IMG/VR virus record: IMGVR_UViG_3300030376_006135
Coordinates: 1 to 44,296 of that record
DNA: 44,296 nucleotides
Source of the DNA: a virus
Taxonomy: Duplodnaviria; Caudoviricetes
Strand: one strand, 5' to 3'
Shown here: one piece after another, positions 43,763-44,296 of the stretch
How positions within the stretch are numbered: the stretch's first letter is position 1
Layout of the letters: each line of letters starts with the position of its first letter
Notes under the pieces: generated by a model
The model's database searches: none
What the model saw: only the letters and a program-made list of their open reading frames with translations
What the model was told of the DNA's origin: nothing
Made by a program: the position numbers and the translations under genes

Positions 43763-44296
43763 ATGGCACTAACTAAAATTACAACAAGTGTTATCGCAGC
43801 AAATACACTGTCAACTGCAAATATTGCAGATAACTCTATTGATGCAACAAAAATAGCATCAAATAGTATTCTTACTAGACATATAGATGATGACCAAATT
43901 ACAGGAGATCAGTTAGCAGATAGTGTTTCTATTGTAACTGATTTAAGTGTTGGAAATGATTTAGCAGTTACAGGAAATACAACAATTACTGGTAATCTTA
44001 CAGTAAATGGATCAACAGTTACAAACTCTGCTTCAAATACAACAATTGAAGATGCACTTATAGAACTTGGAACAGGAACTTCAGGTTCTCCTTCAACAGA
44101 TGCAGGTATAGTTATTGAAAGAGGATCTTCTGATAATGTATTTATCGGTTGGGATGAAAGTGCAGATAAAGTTACTGTAGGAACAGGAAGTTTTACAGGA
44201 GCATCAAGTGGTAATCTAACAATTACTCCAGCTGCTTTTGTATCGGGTGCACTTACTGCATCTGGACTTGCTTATCCAACAAGCGATGGTAGTGCA
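43763..44296 (+). CDS. Fibre/structural protein, 3' truncated (not in ORF track)
   Basis: MALTKITTSVIAANTLSTANIADNSIDATKIASNSILTRHIDD...GNLTVNG...DAGIVIERG...WDESAD; open to the window end. Confidence 0.85.
   Translation, partial: MALTKITTSVIAANTLSTANIADNSIDATKIASNSILTRHIDDDQITGDQLADSVSIVTDLSVGNDLAVTGNTTITGNLTVNGSTVTNSASNTTIEDALIELGTGTSGSPSTDAGIVIERGSSDNVFIGWDESADKVTVGTGSFTGASSGNLTITPAAFVSGALTASGLAYPTSDGSA

Noticed and set aside
33730-44296. Diversity-generating retroelement suggested by Mtd-like N-termini
   Set aside because: No reverse transcriptase and no template/variable repeat pair differing at adenines in this window; only the N-terminal domain is Mtd-like.

Overview
This is an AT-rich fragment of a tailed dsDNA phage genome with every credible gene on the + strand; the environment is probably marine or aquatic (inference). 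It has four parts. (1) <1-5654: a tightly coupled envelope module of csgF, csgG, a curlin-like gene, a FecR-domain gene, a second curlin-like gene and a CHASE2-3TM class III adenylate cyclase. It looks like a complete phage-encoded trans-envelope secretion/signalling system, and an Arg/Lys-rich gene may be overprinted inside the cyclase. (2) 5658-9428: behind a consensus sigma70 promoter, about 19 small overlapping ORFs, about a dozen of them extremely Lys/Arg-rich (protamine-like); several are missing from the supplied ORF track. (3) 9425-30424: a T5-like morphogenesis block (TerL, HNH, portal, protease-scaffold-capsid fusion, neck, tail tube, -1 frameshifted tail chaperone, tape measure) joined to a lambda-type gpM-L-K-I-J tail tip. 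(4) 30427->44296: many paralogous, repeat-rich fibre/receptor-binding genes sharing terminal motifs. I saw no tRNA, rRNA, CRISPR array or integrase. All family assignments come from recognising motifs by eye; no searches were run.
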